From: Candidatus Woesearchaeota archaeon
GTDB taxonomy: Archaea > Nanobdellota > Nanobdellia > Woesearchaeales > GW2011-AR4
Length of the DNA: 51,750 nucleotides
Direction: 5' to 3'
NCBI GenBank assembly: GCA_016187495.1
Contig: JACPJP010000018.1
Location: forward strand, 1-51,750
Numbering within the stretch: the first letter of the stretch is position 1; every line of letters starts with the position of its first letter. Positions 17,292-26,945 of this stretch are shown here, one piece after another. Below the pieces are notes generated by a model. The model made no database searches, was not told where the DNA came from, and saw nothing but the letters and a program-made list of their open reading frames with translations. The position numbers and the translations under genes were made by a program.

Positions 17292-18803
17292 TCATTTTCC
17301 CAGCAACGCAGAGTAGTAGGGCTTTTTGGGCTCGTACCATTTTCTGCCATCTTTTTCAATCAGCTTATCAGCCTCCTGGATTCCCCAAGTTCCAGGATTA
17401 TAATATAAAACTTTCCCGCGCTTCCACCCATTTGATATTTTATCGGCAAGCTCCCATGAATGCTCTACCATATCCCAGCTTGTAAACAGCGTTTGATCTC
17501 CAGATATAACATCATAGAGCAGCTTTTCATAGGCATCTGGCGTATTAGGGCCAAATATACATTCATGGCAGAAATCCATCCTTACATTGTCTATCACCAT
17601 TTTTCTGCCAGGTACTTTTGCAGCAAACTGCAAAGAAATGCCCTCTTCCGGCTGTATCCTTATTATAAGCATGTTGGGCTCTATGCCGCTTGCGCGGCTT
17701 GCATTATTGTTGAATAAAATCTCGGGGTTCTGCTTAAAAACTATACTTATCTCTGCTACCCTTTCTTTCAACCTTTTCCCGGTTCTTAAGTAAAATGGCA
17801 CATTAGCCCATCTCCAGTTATCGATATTCAGCTTTAAGGCAACAAATGTCTCTGTATCGGAATTTTTGGCAACTTTTTCCTCATCTTTGTACGCTTTTAC
17901 CTTTTTATTGTTTACTGTACCTGAAACATACTGGCCTCTAACAGACATCTCATTAACATCTTTTGATGAAAATGTCCTTATTGACCTTAACACTTTTACC
18001 TTTTCTTCCCTTATGTCATCAGCATCTAGCTTTACGCACGGCTCCATTGCAGTCAGAGCAACAAGCTGCATCATATGGTTTTGCACCATGTCTCTCAGAG
18101 CTCCTGCCTTATCATAATAATCCCCTCTTGTCTCTATACCAAGTTCTTCTGCAACGGTTATTTGCACATGGTCTATATACCTCTTGTTCCATATAGAATC
18201 AAAGATGGGGTTGGCAAATCTAAGGACCAGTAAATTCTGCACAAGCTCCTTTCCCAAGTAATGGTCAATCCTATATATCTGATTTTCATTGAAATCCTTT
18301 TTTATTGTTTCATTTAGCTTTTTTGCTGACTCCAAATCATGCCCAAAAGGCTTTTCAAAAACAACTCTTGACCAGCCGCTGCTTTCATTAAGGCCGCTTA
18401 TTCTTAAATTGTCTATTATGGCCCCAAAAAAGCCAGGTGGCGCAGCCAAATAGAATATTTTATTGCACCCTGCATTTTTCGCGCATATTTTTTTAATCAG
18501 GTTTCTAAGCTTATTGTAGCCTTCGGCATCCTGGAATTCGGATTTCTGGTAAAAAATCTTGCTTGCCAGTTTTTTCCAAACATCATAGTTTATGATTAAT
18601 TTTGAAAATTTTTTTGTCGAAGCCAAAGCCTCTTTTCTGAATTGCTCATTGCTTTTCGGCTTTCTTGCAAATGCAACTATCCTTGTATCTTTGTGCAACA
18701 GACTATCTAATTCCAACTTGTACAAGGCAGGCAATAATTTCCTATTTGTTAAATCGCCAGTTGCCCCGAAAATTATAATCACGCATGGCTCGATTGTTTC
18801 CAT
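17292..18803 (-). CDS. zwf: Glucose-6-phosphate 1-dehydrogenase (bacterial/eukaryotic type)
   Basis: GATGDL, EKPFG, RIDHYLGKE, RDMVQNH, PFYLRTGKRL. Confidence 0.97.
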   Translation of the reverse strand: METIEPCVIIIFGATGDLTNRKLLPALYKLELDSLLHKDTRIVAFARKPKSNEQFRKEALASTKKFSKLIINYDVWKKLASKIFYQKSEFQDAEGYNKLRNLIKKICAKNAGCNKIFYLAAPPGFFGAIIDNLRISGLNESSGWSRVVFEKPFGHDLESAKKLNETIKKDFNENQIYRIDHYLGKELVQNLLVLRFANPIFDSIWNKRYIDHVQITVAEELGIETRGDYYDKAGALRDMVQNHMMQLVALTAMEPCVKLDADDIREEKVKVLRSIRTFSSKDVNEMSVRGQYVSGTVNNKKVKAYKDEEKVAKNSDTETFVALKLNIDNWRWANVPFYLRTGKRLKERVAEISIVFKQNPEILFNNNASRASGIEPNMLIIRIQPEEGISLQFAAKVPGRKMVIDNVRMDFCHECIFGPNTPDAYEKLLYDVISGDQTLFTSWDMVEHSWELADKISNGWKRGKVLYYNPGTWGIQEADKLIEKDGRKWYEPKKPYYSALLGK

Positions 18804-18872
18804 TTTTATTGTTTATAATTCAAGCATAAAACCAATTAGTATTTAAATAATATGCCATTACGGCAAAATAGC

Positions 18873-19424
18873 ATGAAAAATGCAATATTATGCTCTGCTT
18901 TTGTTTTATTGCTCGTCTTAGCATCAGCATGCAGTGTAAAGGAAGAGCAAAAGAATCCTGCTGTAGAGTTTGGGAAAAAAATAACCTTTGATTATGCAGC
19001 AGGCTTTGATAATGGAACTTTATTTGATACAACATTTGAGAATGCTGCGAAAGAAGCTGGAATCTATGATCCAAATAGGGTTTACGAGCCTGTTACTGTT
19101 GTTTATGGCAAGGACCCATTATTTCCTGGATTGCAGGAAGCATTGCTCGGTATGAAAGAAGGGGAAATAAAAAATATACGCATACCTCCACAAAAGGCTT
19201 ATGGGGAAAGAATTGAAGGCTCAACAGCCCTAATTCCTAAAGAGGAAATCAGCAATTATAATAGCCTAAAAATTAACGACATTGTAACCATCGCGACTCA
19301 AGATGGCAACAGAATAAATGCCTATGTAAAGGAAATAGGGGAAGAAAATGTCACCCTCGACTTAAACCATCCTTTAGCAGGGCAATTTGTGCAGTTTTCT
19401 GTAATGGTGAGGGGTATTGAATAA
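18873..19424 (+). CDS. FKBP/SlyD-type peptidyl-prolyl isomerase with lipoprotein signal peptide
   Basis: FDTT..A, PGLQEAL, IPPQKAYG, DLNHPLAG; N-terminal hydrophobic signal ending LASAC. Confidence 0.9.
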   Translation: MKNAILCSAFVLLLVLASACSVKEEQKNPAVEFGKKITFDYAAGFDNGTLFDTTFENAAKEAGIYDPNRVYEPVTVVYGKDPLFPGLQEALLGMKEGEIKNIRIPPQKAYGERIEGSTALIPKEEISNYNSLKINDIVTIATQDGNRINAYVKEIGEENVTLDLNHPLAGQFVQFSVMVRGIE

Positions 19425-19661
19425 TTTGTTAATTTTATTATTGATTTAATGCCCTTATTATATGTGATTTAATGACCAGAGCCGAAAGCAGGTAAATAAG
19501 AATTCTTATAGGAGCGGAGTTCTGGCAAACTTCGTCCAAAGAGTCGAGAAAAAAAACTTATGATCAAGCTCGAAGATTTATCCACAAAATGCATAGCGGG
19601 TTTTGGGGCGTACAAAGGAATTCGTAAAGAATATATAGAATCTTACTATTTTGTATTTATA

Positions 19662-20522
19662 ATGAAAATAAAAGGCATTATTTTGGACATTGATGGAGTA
19701 ATAATCGGAGAGAAAATTGGATTTAATTCTCCATCACCACATCCAGAAGTAATATCAGCACTTAAAAAAATTAAGTCAAAAGGAATTTTTGTAAGTTTAT
19801 GCACAGCAAAACCACACTTTGCAATTAAGGATATAATTGAAAGTGCTGGACTAGATAATTTGCATATTACCGATGGAGGTGGGGTTATTATTGATCCGAT
19901 TGACAATGTAATTTTGAAATTAAATATTATTAATTCTAATTCTGCAATAAAAGTAATAGATGCATACTTGAAAAATAATGTTTATACTGAATATTACACA
20001 GTTGATGATTATTTTATTGAAGAAAATCAGGCATCTGAAATAACAAAAACACACACTCATATTTTACAGCGCAAACCTCGAGTAGTAAAATCACTTGCTA
20101 AATCCGCTAGTCAGAATAAAATTACTAAAATCATGCCTATTGCAAAGAATGAAGAAGATAAAAAAAGATTGACTGAATTATTCAAACCATTTGAAAATGA
20201 ATTCGTCTTGAGTTGGGGAATTCATCCAGTTGCATTACCTTTACAATTTGGAATAATTACTGCAAAAGGAATTTCTAAAAAGAATGCATGGGAAGAAATT
20301 ATTAAAAATAAAAATATTTCATTTAATGAAGTATTAGGAATTGGAGATAGCACAAGTGATTGGCAATTTATTCAGTTATGTAAATATGCTGCTGCTATGG
20401 GAAATGCATCAAAAGAATTAAAGGAATTAGTCCAATCAAAAGGTAGAAAATTTTCTTATATTGCTCCAAGTGTTGATGAGAATGGAATTATTGAGGTATT
20501 CAAACACTTCAAGATTGTATAA
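19662..20522 (+). CDS. Cof-type HAD (class IIB) hydrolase
   Basis: DIDG motif I, CTAK motif II, GDSTSD motif IV, AMGNA; likely start ATG 19662; markedly AT-rich codons. Confidence 0.85.
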   Translation: MKIKGIILDIDGVIIGEKIGFNSPSPHPEVISALKKIKSKGIFVSLCTAKPHFAIKDIIESAGLDNLHITDGGGVIIDPIDNVILKLNIINSNSAIKVIDAYLKNNVYTEYYTVDDYFIEENQASEITKTHTHILQRKPRVVKSLAKSASQNKITKIMPIAKNEEDKKRLTELFKPFENEFVLSWGIHPVALPLQFGIITAKGISKKNAWEEIIKNKNISFNEVLGIGDSTSDWQFIQLCKYAAAMGNASKELKELVQSKGRKFSYIAPSVDENGIIEVFKHFKIV

Positions 20523-20546
20523 AACCCCAACCCCTTTTAAATATTT

Positions 20547-22037
20547 TTAAGTTTTTATTGGTTCTATCTCCATTTCCTTTGCAACTTTCCCAACCAAACT
20601 CCTTAGCATATGCCCTGTTACTTCCAAATTATAGAACTTTTTCAGCTCAAGCCTCCCTTTAACCCCTACAATTAAAGGGTAAGTTCCAAACTGCCTGCAG
20701 AATGTCGTATTCCCATCGTAAATTTCCGCGTAGCAATCCTTAAGCACGGTTCCTGAAGGAGCAATCCTTTGCAGCATAGGCCAGTCAATGTTCTGCCTTA
20801 TATCATTCCTCCATTTCCAATAGTATCTTTTATTCTTTTTCAAAAATTTGTCTTTTCCCTCATTAAACAACGATGTACCTTCAAATATAGCAACCTGCCT
20901 TATATTTATCCTTCTTAGCATTAATCCGTCATCGTAAATTTTCTTAAGCCAAAACATATTTTCCTCATGCGTCTTTTTAGTCTCCCACCTTAAGCCAAAA
21001 ATTATGTTTATGCCTGGCAAAAACCTTGGCATTCCATCTTCGCCCCTTTCTGCGCCGTACTTATTCAATATCTTTGTTGCCTCATAGGCAATTTTAGGAG
21101 TGCTGTTTAATGTGTTTTCTTTGCAAACAACCTTGTCAAAACTCTCAACGCCAAAAGCAGCGATATTTCCGCTTGTGCAGTATTTGACTATAGCTTTTGT
21201 TATTTCATGGTTCTTGTCCATAATGACTTTAACCGGGTTTACATTATCCAGATGAAGGACTTTTATGTCCGGGCAATTCTCTCTTATGCCTTTAAGAAGC
21301 TCAATAGCATGCGGAAAAGTATAGAAGCATGTTTGTTTTCCTAATCGGAAATATCTGCAGCCTAATCTATAAAATTCAATAACTTCCCTCAAAACATCCT
21401 CTTTATCGCGAAATTCAACTTTATTTTTTATTGGCTCTGTGCAGAAGCTGCAATGCCCTATATCGCACCCGTGCCCGGTCTCAATTTCAATCATCCTAGT
21501 GTCAGGAATCTGCTTGACTATTTTGGCACCGGCAATTGCATAATCCCTAACTTTATCATATGTAAAGTTAAACATTGAATAATCTATTTTGTCAAATGCT
21601 GCTTTGTCATATTTCTCAAAAAATTTGCCGCCAAAAAGCTGAGTGCCAAAAACAGCTGGCCCTGTAAGGATTTTTTTGCATTTAAGGTCGTTAATCAGAG
21701 GGATTACCTCATGCAAAGTTCCTGGTACAGCAGAAAGATATTTTCCAGGGACATGAACCCCAAGAACAACAATTAAAGTATCAGTTTCTTCCAAAATTTT
21801 TTTAATATTTTTATAATTAATTGTCAAATTGTATGTTGCAATATCTGTTTTTTGAGAGGGTTTTGTATTATTTATTATTGACCTATTTTTATAAAACAGC
21901 CTTAAGTCGTCAATTGTCAAATAATTTACATCCTCATTCAAATAGCCTGCTATATACCTTGGATATGTGCCTAAGTAAGGCGGCACCCCTAATCCTGCTG
22001 GCTCGTCTGTATAACAGTCTAAAATTGTATAAGCCAT
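20547..22037 (-). CDS. Archaeal radical SAM protein (COG1031-like)
   Basis: LDCYTDEPAGLGVPPY, EIETGHGC..CSFCTEP, FRLGKQ, RRINIRQV and RQFGTYP. Confidence 0.85.
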   Translation of the reverse strand: MAYTILDCYTDEPAGLGVPPYLGTYPRYIAGYLNEDVNYLTIDDLRLFYKNRSIINNTKPSQKTDIATYNLTINYKNIKKILEETDTLIVVLGVHVPGKYLSAVPGTLHEVIPLINDLKCKKILTGPAVFGTQLFGGKFFEKYDKAAFDKIDYSMFNFTYDKVRDYAIAGAKIVKQIPDTRMIEIETGHGCDIGHCSFCTEPIKNKVEFRDKEDVLREVIEFYRLGCRYFRLGKQTCFYTFPHAIELLKGIRENCPDIKVLHLDNVNPVKVIMDKNHEITKAIVKYCTSGNIAAFGVESFDKVVCKENTLNSTPKIAYEATKILNKYGAERGEDGMPRFLPGINIIFGLRWETKKTHEENMFWLKKIYDDGLMLRRINIRQVAIFEGTSLFNEGKDKFLKKNKRYYWKWRNDIRQNIDWPMLQRIAPSGTVLKDCYAEIYDGNTTFCRQFGTYPLIVGVKGRLELKKFYNLEVTGHMLRSLVGKVAKEMEIEPIKT

Positions 22038-22094
22038 AGTGTCGAGTACTCATTGTAGCATTAAAAATGTTTTTATTTAGCTCTAGACAATATC

Positions 22095-22538
22095 CTAGAA
22101 AATATAATAGCTGAAAACAGCAGAAATAAACCCAATAATAAGCCCGGATGCAACCTCTATAGGCGTATGCCCCAATGCATATCGAAATCTGTCTATCTTT
22201 ATATTTTCATACTTGACAATTTTTTCTATTGCTTTGCCCTCTTCTCCAACGCTTCTCCTTACACCCATTGAGTCCCTTAAAACAATTAGGGAGAAAGTAA
22301 GAACCACGAAAAACAATGGACTTAATCCCTGCTCAAGGAATATTACTGCCGCAAGAGAGCTTACAAGCGCAGAATGAGTGCTTGGCATTCCACCTGTTAC
22401 AATAAGATGGTTAAAATTGAATGTTTGCTTGTGTTTTGCTGTTATTATGGCTATTTTTAATATTTGTGAAACAGCGCCTGCTATCAGGATGGAAAGGAAA
22501 ATGCTGTTTGCAAATAAATCTGAAGCTATACTAGCCAT
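22095..22538 (-). CDS. Divergent PAP2 (DUF212) membrane phosphatase-like protein
   Basis: TGGMPSTHSA, DSMGVRRSVG, LGHTP.EV. Confidence 0.9.
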   Translation of the reverse strand: MASIASDLFANSIFLSILIAGAVSQILKIAIITAKHKQTFNFNHLIVTGGMPSTHSALVSSLAAVIFLEQGLSPLFFVVLTFSLIVLRDSMGVRRSVGEEGKAIEKIVKYENIKIDRFRYALGHTPIEVASGLIIGFISAVFSYYIF

Positions 22539-22573
22539 AGGAAAAAAACTCGAAGTATTGTTTATAAATATTT

Positions 22574-23626
22574 CTAAACTCCTCCCCAAACTTTTGCAGG
22601 TTTATACAGTTTAGAAGCCATGAAAAGGTACCTCATCATGGAAAAATAGATAATGATGAATGTTGCAATTAAAATTTGTTTATTATATGCAAAGCCCATT
22701 AATATAGAAATTATTGTAATATAGGTCATAGCGACGGATATTCTTGCTATGGGTGTAACGGGAGCTTTTTTCTGCTTCTTGAGGAATATAAGCTTGGAAA
22801 AAAACATAACAACTGCGGGAAAGACCAGTAGCAGTATCCAGAATAATTCTATATATCCCAGGCTGACCAGAAGTATGAACGCCACTATAAACACAGACCA
22901 GTCTGTGAACGAGTCAAACGACTTGCCAAATTCCGTCACCTGCTTCATGACCCTTGACGAGATGCCATCAATCTTGTCCGTTATAGCAATAATAGCAAAT
23001 ATCACCAATGCGTAATTCAGGTTTGAATTCAGCATTAAAACTGCAAATAAAGGCAGTAAGGCAAACCTCATAAATGTAATAAAATTGGGTATATTTAATA
23101 TCTTCTCATTCAGCATATTGCTTATTTTAACTAAATAAACAAGCCCGGAAAATAAAGTTATTATTACTGCCAGCAGCATCAAATGCCAGCTGAATGGAAG
23201 GTTTAGTATAACTGCTATTATAGCTGCTGTCTGGGTTATTGTCTTAAACTTACCCAACTTGTCTGCGGGAACAACGCGCTTCGGCAGTACAATAAATCTT
23301 AAAATTGTTATAACCAATTCCCTTGCTATTATAGTTACTATCATCCATAGCGGTATCCTATCAGCTAAAAAAATCAAGGCTGCGGAAATAAGGAGCTTAT
23401 CGGCTATTGGATCAAGCAGTTCCCCTGATTTTGAGGCTTGTTTTTTCCCCCTGGCAATGTATCCATCAAGAGCATCAGATAAGGATAGGACTGAAAAAAT
23501 AAACGCAGATATATAATCGCTATGGGGAATGTCTGCAAGCAGGAAAAATACAAATACGGGTATAAGGGCAATCCTCATTAGGCTTATCTGGTTCGGTTTT
23601 GAAAATACCCATTTCATTTCCTCCAT
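22574..23626 (-). CDS. Tandem double CDP-alcohol phosphatidyltransferase (PgsA-PgsA fusion)
   Basis: Two PN.I...R starts and two D..DG..AR...G...D...D signatures (DALDGYIAR..G.LLDPIAD and DKIDGISSR..G.SFDSFTD). Confidence 0.88.
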   Translation of the reverse strand: MEEMKWVFSKPNQISLMRIALIPVFVFFLLADIPHSDYISAFIFSVLSLSDALDGYIARGKKQASKSGELLDPIADKLLISAALIFLADRIPLWMIVTIIARELVITILRFIVLPKRVVPADKLGKFKTITQTAAIIAVILNLPFSWHLMLLAVIITLFSGLVYLVKISNMLNEKILNIPNFITFMRFALLPLFAVLMLNSNLNYALVIFAIIAITDKIDGISSRVMKQVTEFGKSFDSFTDWSVFIVAFILLVSLGYIELFWILLLVFPAVVMFFSKLIFLKKQKKAPVTPIARISVAMTYITIISILMGFAYNKQILIATFIIIYFSMMRYLFMASKLYKPAKVWGGV

Positions 23627-23708
23627 AAGAAGTGATAAAATTTATAATGCTTTTATACCTTTCTATATTCAAAATATTTAAAAATAAAGATATAACTCGT
23701 AAAACTAT

Positions 23709-24803
23709 ATGGCAAAAATAAAAATAGCAATAGCTGGAGTTGGAAATTGTGCAAGCACCTTAGTCCAGGGAATGCATTACTACAAGGATAAAGACCCAAA
23801 AGATGCTATAGGGTTGATGCACTGGGACCTTGCAGGCTACAAGCCCTTTGATATGGAAGTTGTAGCTGCTTTCGACATAGACAAAAGAAAAGTAGGCAAG
23901 GATATTTCAGAAGCAATCTTTTCAAAGCCCAATAACACGACAATATTCCAAAAAGCAATTCCAAAATCAAATGTAGAAGTAAAAAAATCCCCAGTTTTAG
24001 ATGGCTATGCATCCCATATGAACGAGTATTCTGAAGACCATAGGTTTGTGGTTTCCGATGAAAAAGAAGCGGATGTAGCAGCCGAATTGAAAAAATCCGG
24101 AGCAGAAATGTTGATAAATTACCTTCCAGTAGGAAGCGAAAAGGCTACAAGGCATATGGCTGAGCAGTGCTTAAGGGCAAATATAGCTTTCATTAACGGA
24201 ATGCCAGTATTTATTGCTTCCGACAATGAATGGGCAAAAAAATTCGAGGAAAAAAAGCTCCCAATAGTTGGAGATGATATTAAATCTGCTTTTGGCGCAA
24301 CCATTGTGCACAGGACACTGGCAAAGCTTTTTGTTGAAAGAGGACTGAAATTGGATAGGACATACCAGATAAATGTTGGCGGAAACACCGATTTTTTAAA
24401 CATGCTTAATATGGAGCGCTTAAAGTCAAAAAAGATCAGCAAAACTCAAAGCGTTCAATCACAGCTTACAGTTCCTTTAGATGCGGAAAACATACACATA
24501 AGCCCCAGCGACTATGTTCCATGGCTTAAAGACCGCAAGCTCGCTTTTATAAGATTAGAGGGAAGGCAGTTTGGCAGCGTGCCTTTGGACATAGAAGTAA
24601 GGTTAAATTGCGAAGACAGCCCGAATTCTGCAGGAAGCATGATGGACGCTATAAGATGCTGTAAGCTGGCTCTGGACAGGAAAATTAGCGGAGCGCTAAC
24701 ATCAATTTCCGCATACACAATGAAGCATCCGCCTCAGCAATTCTCAGACAGCGAGGCAAGGAAGATGGTGGAAGAGTTCATAGCAGGAAAGTGTGGGAGA
24801 TAG
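23709..24803 (+). CDS. ino1: myo-Inositol-1-phosphate synthase
   Basis: GVGNCAS, NYLPVGS, GDDIKS, YQINVGGNTDFLNM, EDSPNSAG, MKHPP. Confidence 0.96.
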   Translation: MAKIKIAIAGVGNCASTLVQGMHYYKDKDPKDAIGLMHWDLAGYKPFDMEVVAAFDIDKRKVGKDISEAIFSKPNNTTIFQKAIPKSNVEVKKSPVLDGYASHMNEYSEDHRFVVSDEKEADVAAELKKSGAEMLINYLPVGSEKATRHMAEQCLRANIAFINGMPVFIASDNEWAKKFEEKKLPIVGDDIKSAFGATIVHRTLAKLFVERGLKLDRTYQINVGGNTDFLNMLNMERLKSKKISKTQSVQSQLTVPLDAENIHISPSDYVPWLKDRKLAFIRLEGRQFGSVPLDIEVRLNCEDSPNSAGSMMDAIRCCKLALDRKISGALTSISAYTMKHPPQQFSDSEARKMVEEFIAGKCGR

Positions 24804-24804
24804 T

Positions 24805-25428
24805 TTATAATTTTTCGCTTTTTTTATTAATAATCTCTTTGGCATAGAATATTCTTTGCACACTGCCTATATATATCATGGCTGCTATTAAATAAAAGAA
24901 AAAAGATATTGTTGAGATTTTAAATTCCAGTATTGTGAAATCTGGCAAAAAAATGCTGATTATAATGGCAATAACTAATAACGACAGCCTGTCAAATCTT
25001 TCTCCAATTGCAGGCCAGTCATGGTTGTCTATCGGAACTACAATTGCAGTCCTTGCCTTTGCATAGCTCACAAGCAAGCTTCCGCTGACAACTAAAAACG
25101 ATTCGATAAAAAATCCAGAAAAGGCGAATCCAAGCAGTATTATTATCTCAACATACCTGTCAATCATTGCATCTAAGTAATTCCCAAATTTTGTGACTTT
25201 GTTAGAAACCCTTGCTAAGCTTCCATCTAAGGCATCCCATATTGACGCAAGCACTACAAAAATAAGCCCAGAAACCATGTCAATATTTGCTATAAAGTAA
25301 GCTGCAAGTGCGGCCCATACCAAAGCTATGGAAGAGAATACATTTGGGTTGATGCCAGTCTTAGCTATTACCAAAGAAGTTCCCTCAAGCTGCTTCTCTA
25401 GTTTTTTTCTTAATTTGCTGCCAAGCAT
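24805..25428 (-). CDS. CDP-alcohol phosphatidyltransferase (archaetidylinositol-phosphate synthase-like)
   Basis: DALDGSLAR..FGNYLDAMIDR, LVSYAKAR, GER.DR; adjacent to ino1. Confidence 0.88.
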   Translation of the reverse strand: MLGSKLRKKLEKQLEGTSLVIAKTGINPNVFSSIALVWAALAAYFIANIDMVSGLIFVVLASIWDALDGSLARVSNKVTKFGNYLDAMIDRYVEIIILLGFAFSGFFIESFLVVSGSLLVSYAKARTAIVVPIDNHDWPAIGERFDRLSLLVIAIIISIFLPDFTILEFKISTISFFFYLIAAMIYIGSVQRIFYAKEIINKKSEKL

Positions 25429-25502
25429 TTTAATAGGATTTATACAATCAATATAAATAACTTTTGCAAAACTATTTAAAACAATATATATTGCTTAGTA
25501 AA

Positions 25503-26141
25503 ATGAAATATGACTTGCACAATCATACGCACTATTCCAAATGCAGCAATCTAAAGCCGGAAATTCTCCTTAAGATCGCAAAAAAGAAGGGGCTGAACGG
25601 AATAGCAGTGACAGATCACAACACAACAAAAGGCGCGCTTGCAGTAAAAAAGCTCAATAAAGACAAGAATTTTGAAGTTATTATTGGAGAAGAAGTTGAT
25701 ACAAATTTTGGAGATGTTCTTACTTATTACCTAAACCATGAAATAAAAACATATGATTTCTTTACCATTGTTGATGAAGTAAAAAAGCAAAACGGCCTTA
25801 TTTCAATACCCCACCCCTTTAGAGTTTCAATAAACTCGAAATTAAGGTTTAAATACCCCATTGAAAAAATAAAAAATAAGATTGATGCGGTAGAATGCTT
25901 TAATGCAAGGATGCTTCCTGGCAATAATGAGAAAGCGCAAAAGCTTGCAAAGAAGCTCAATATACCTGGAACTGGAGGAAGCGATGCCCATTTTAAATTG
26001 GACATAGGGAGGGCTTATACTATATTTAATGATAACTCTACTTTAAGAAAGGCATTGAAACAAAACAAAACCGGATATGAAGGCACGATTATTTTCGGGG
26101 CTTTAAGCGGCTTCAGGAGCTTTTTGAGGAACAGGTTTTAA
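25503..26141 (+). CDS. PHP-domain phosphoesterase
   Basis: DLHNHT, AVTDHN, GEE, PHPF, GGSDAH. Confidence 0.92.
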   Translation: MKYDLHNHTHYSKCSNLKPEILLKIAKKKGLNGIAVTDHNTTKGALAVKKLNKDKNFEVIIGEEVDTNFGDVLTYYLNHEIKTYDFFTIVDEVKKQNGLISIPHPFRVSINSKLRFKYPIEKIKNKIDAVECFNARMLPGNNEKAQKLAKKLNIPGTGGSDAHFKLDIGRAYTIFNDNSTLRKALKQNKTGYEGTIIFGALSGFRSFLRNRF

Positions 26142-26899
26142 TCTTTTTTATGATTTTTAATTTTTTCTTTAATGTTTTCTTCAATTTTTATAATTTTTTC
26201 TTCATATTCCCTTATCTCCCTTATTAAGAACACTTTTAATTGGTGCCTAAATAGGTAGCCCGATATTGCAAGAATAATCAAGACTAACACTATAAAAGTT
26301 GTCTGATTTATTCCTTGTGACAATTTCTGACCAAATAATGCCAGTATAAGCAAGTTTGGCATAAATCCCAAAATTGAGAAAATAACATAATGCTTAAACT
26401 TTATTTGCGTCAATCCTGCAGCAACTGATACTACATCAGGAGGAAATAGAATCAGAATAGATCTTGTAAGGAATATAGATATATCTCCTCTCTTTTTAAA
26501 AAAGATATCAAAATGCTCAAGCTCTTTCTTGTTTATTATCTTACTGAAAAAAGACCTTCCCAGCTTTCTGGCAATGGCGAAGATAATTATAGAGCCTATA
26601 GTCATGCCTATTAGCGAGTATACCGTTCCCCATAGAGCACCAAAAACATAGCCCCCGAACATTGTAAGGATTAAAGTTGGGATGAATGGGATAAAAGCCT
26701 GCACTATATACAGCAAAATAAAAATAAGCGGGGCAAATACCCCAAATCCAGCAATATAGCCCTTTACGGTTTCTGGACTTTTATATAGCAATTTTAATTG
26801 GTCTTGGTAAATAAAGAAAATGGCAATTAAAACCAAAATAAAAATTATGAAGGAGTACACGATTAACCTGTTTTTGAAATTGAGTTTTGGTTTTATCAC
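26138..26899 (-). CDS. TVP38/TMEM64 (DedA/VTT) membrane protein
   Basis: Q..IPFIP, GGYVFG..G, R...FPPDVVSVAAG; start re-assigned to GTG 26899 downstream of a TATA box, which removes the overlap with nadK. Confidence 0.85.
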   Translation of the reverse strand: MIKPKLNFKNRLIVYSFIIFILVLIAIFFIYQDQLKLLYKSPETVKGYIAGFGVFAPLIFILLYIVQAFIPFIPTLILTMFGGYVFGALWGTVYSLIGMTIGSIIIFAIARKLGRSFFSKIINKKELEHFDIFFKKRGDISIFLTRSILILFPPDVVSVAAGLTQIKFKHYVIFSILGFMPNLLILALFGQKLSQGINQTTFIVLVLIILAISGYLFRHQLKVFLIREIREYEEKIIKIEENIKEKIKNHKKD

Positions 26900-26945
26900 A
26901 TTGTATTTGTTGGTTAATCTATTTATATAATTTTCCAACTCAATT

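Noticed and set aside
19430-19660. SRP RNA or RNase P RNA in a GC-richer gap
   Set aside because: Neither the SRP helix-8 motif nor RNase P conserved regions are recognisable, and the gap is short.
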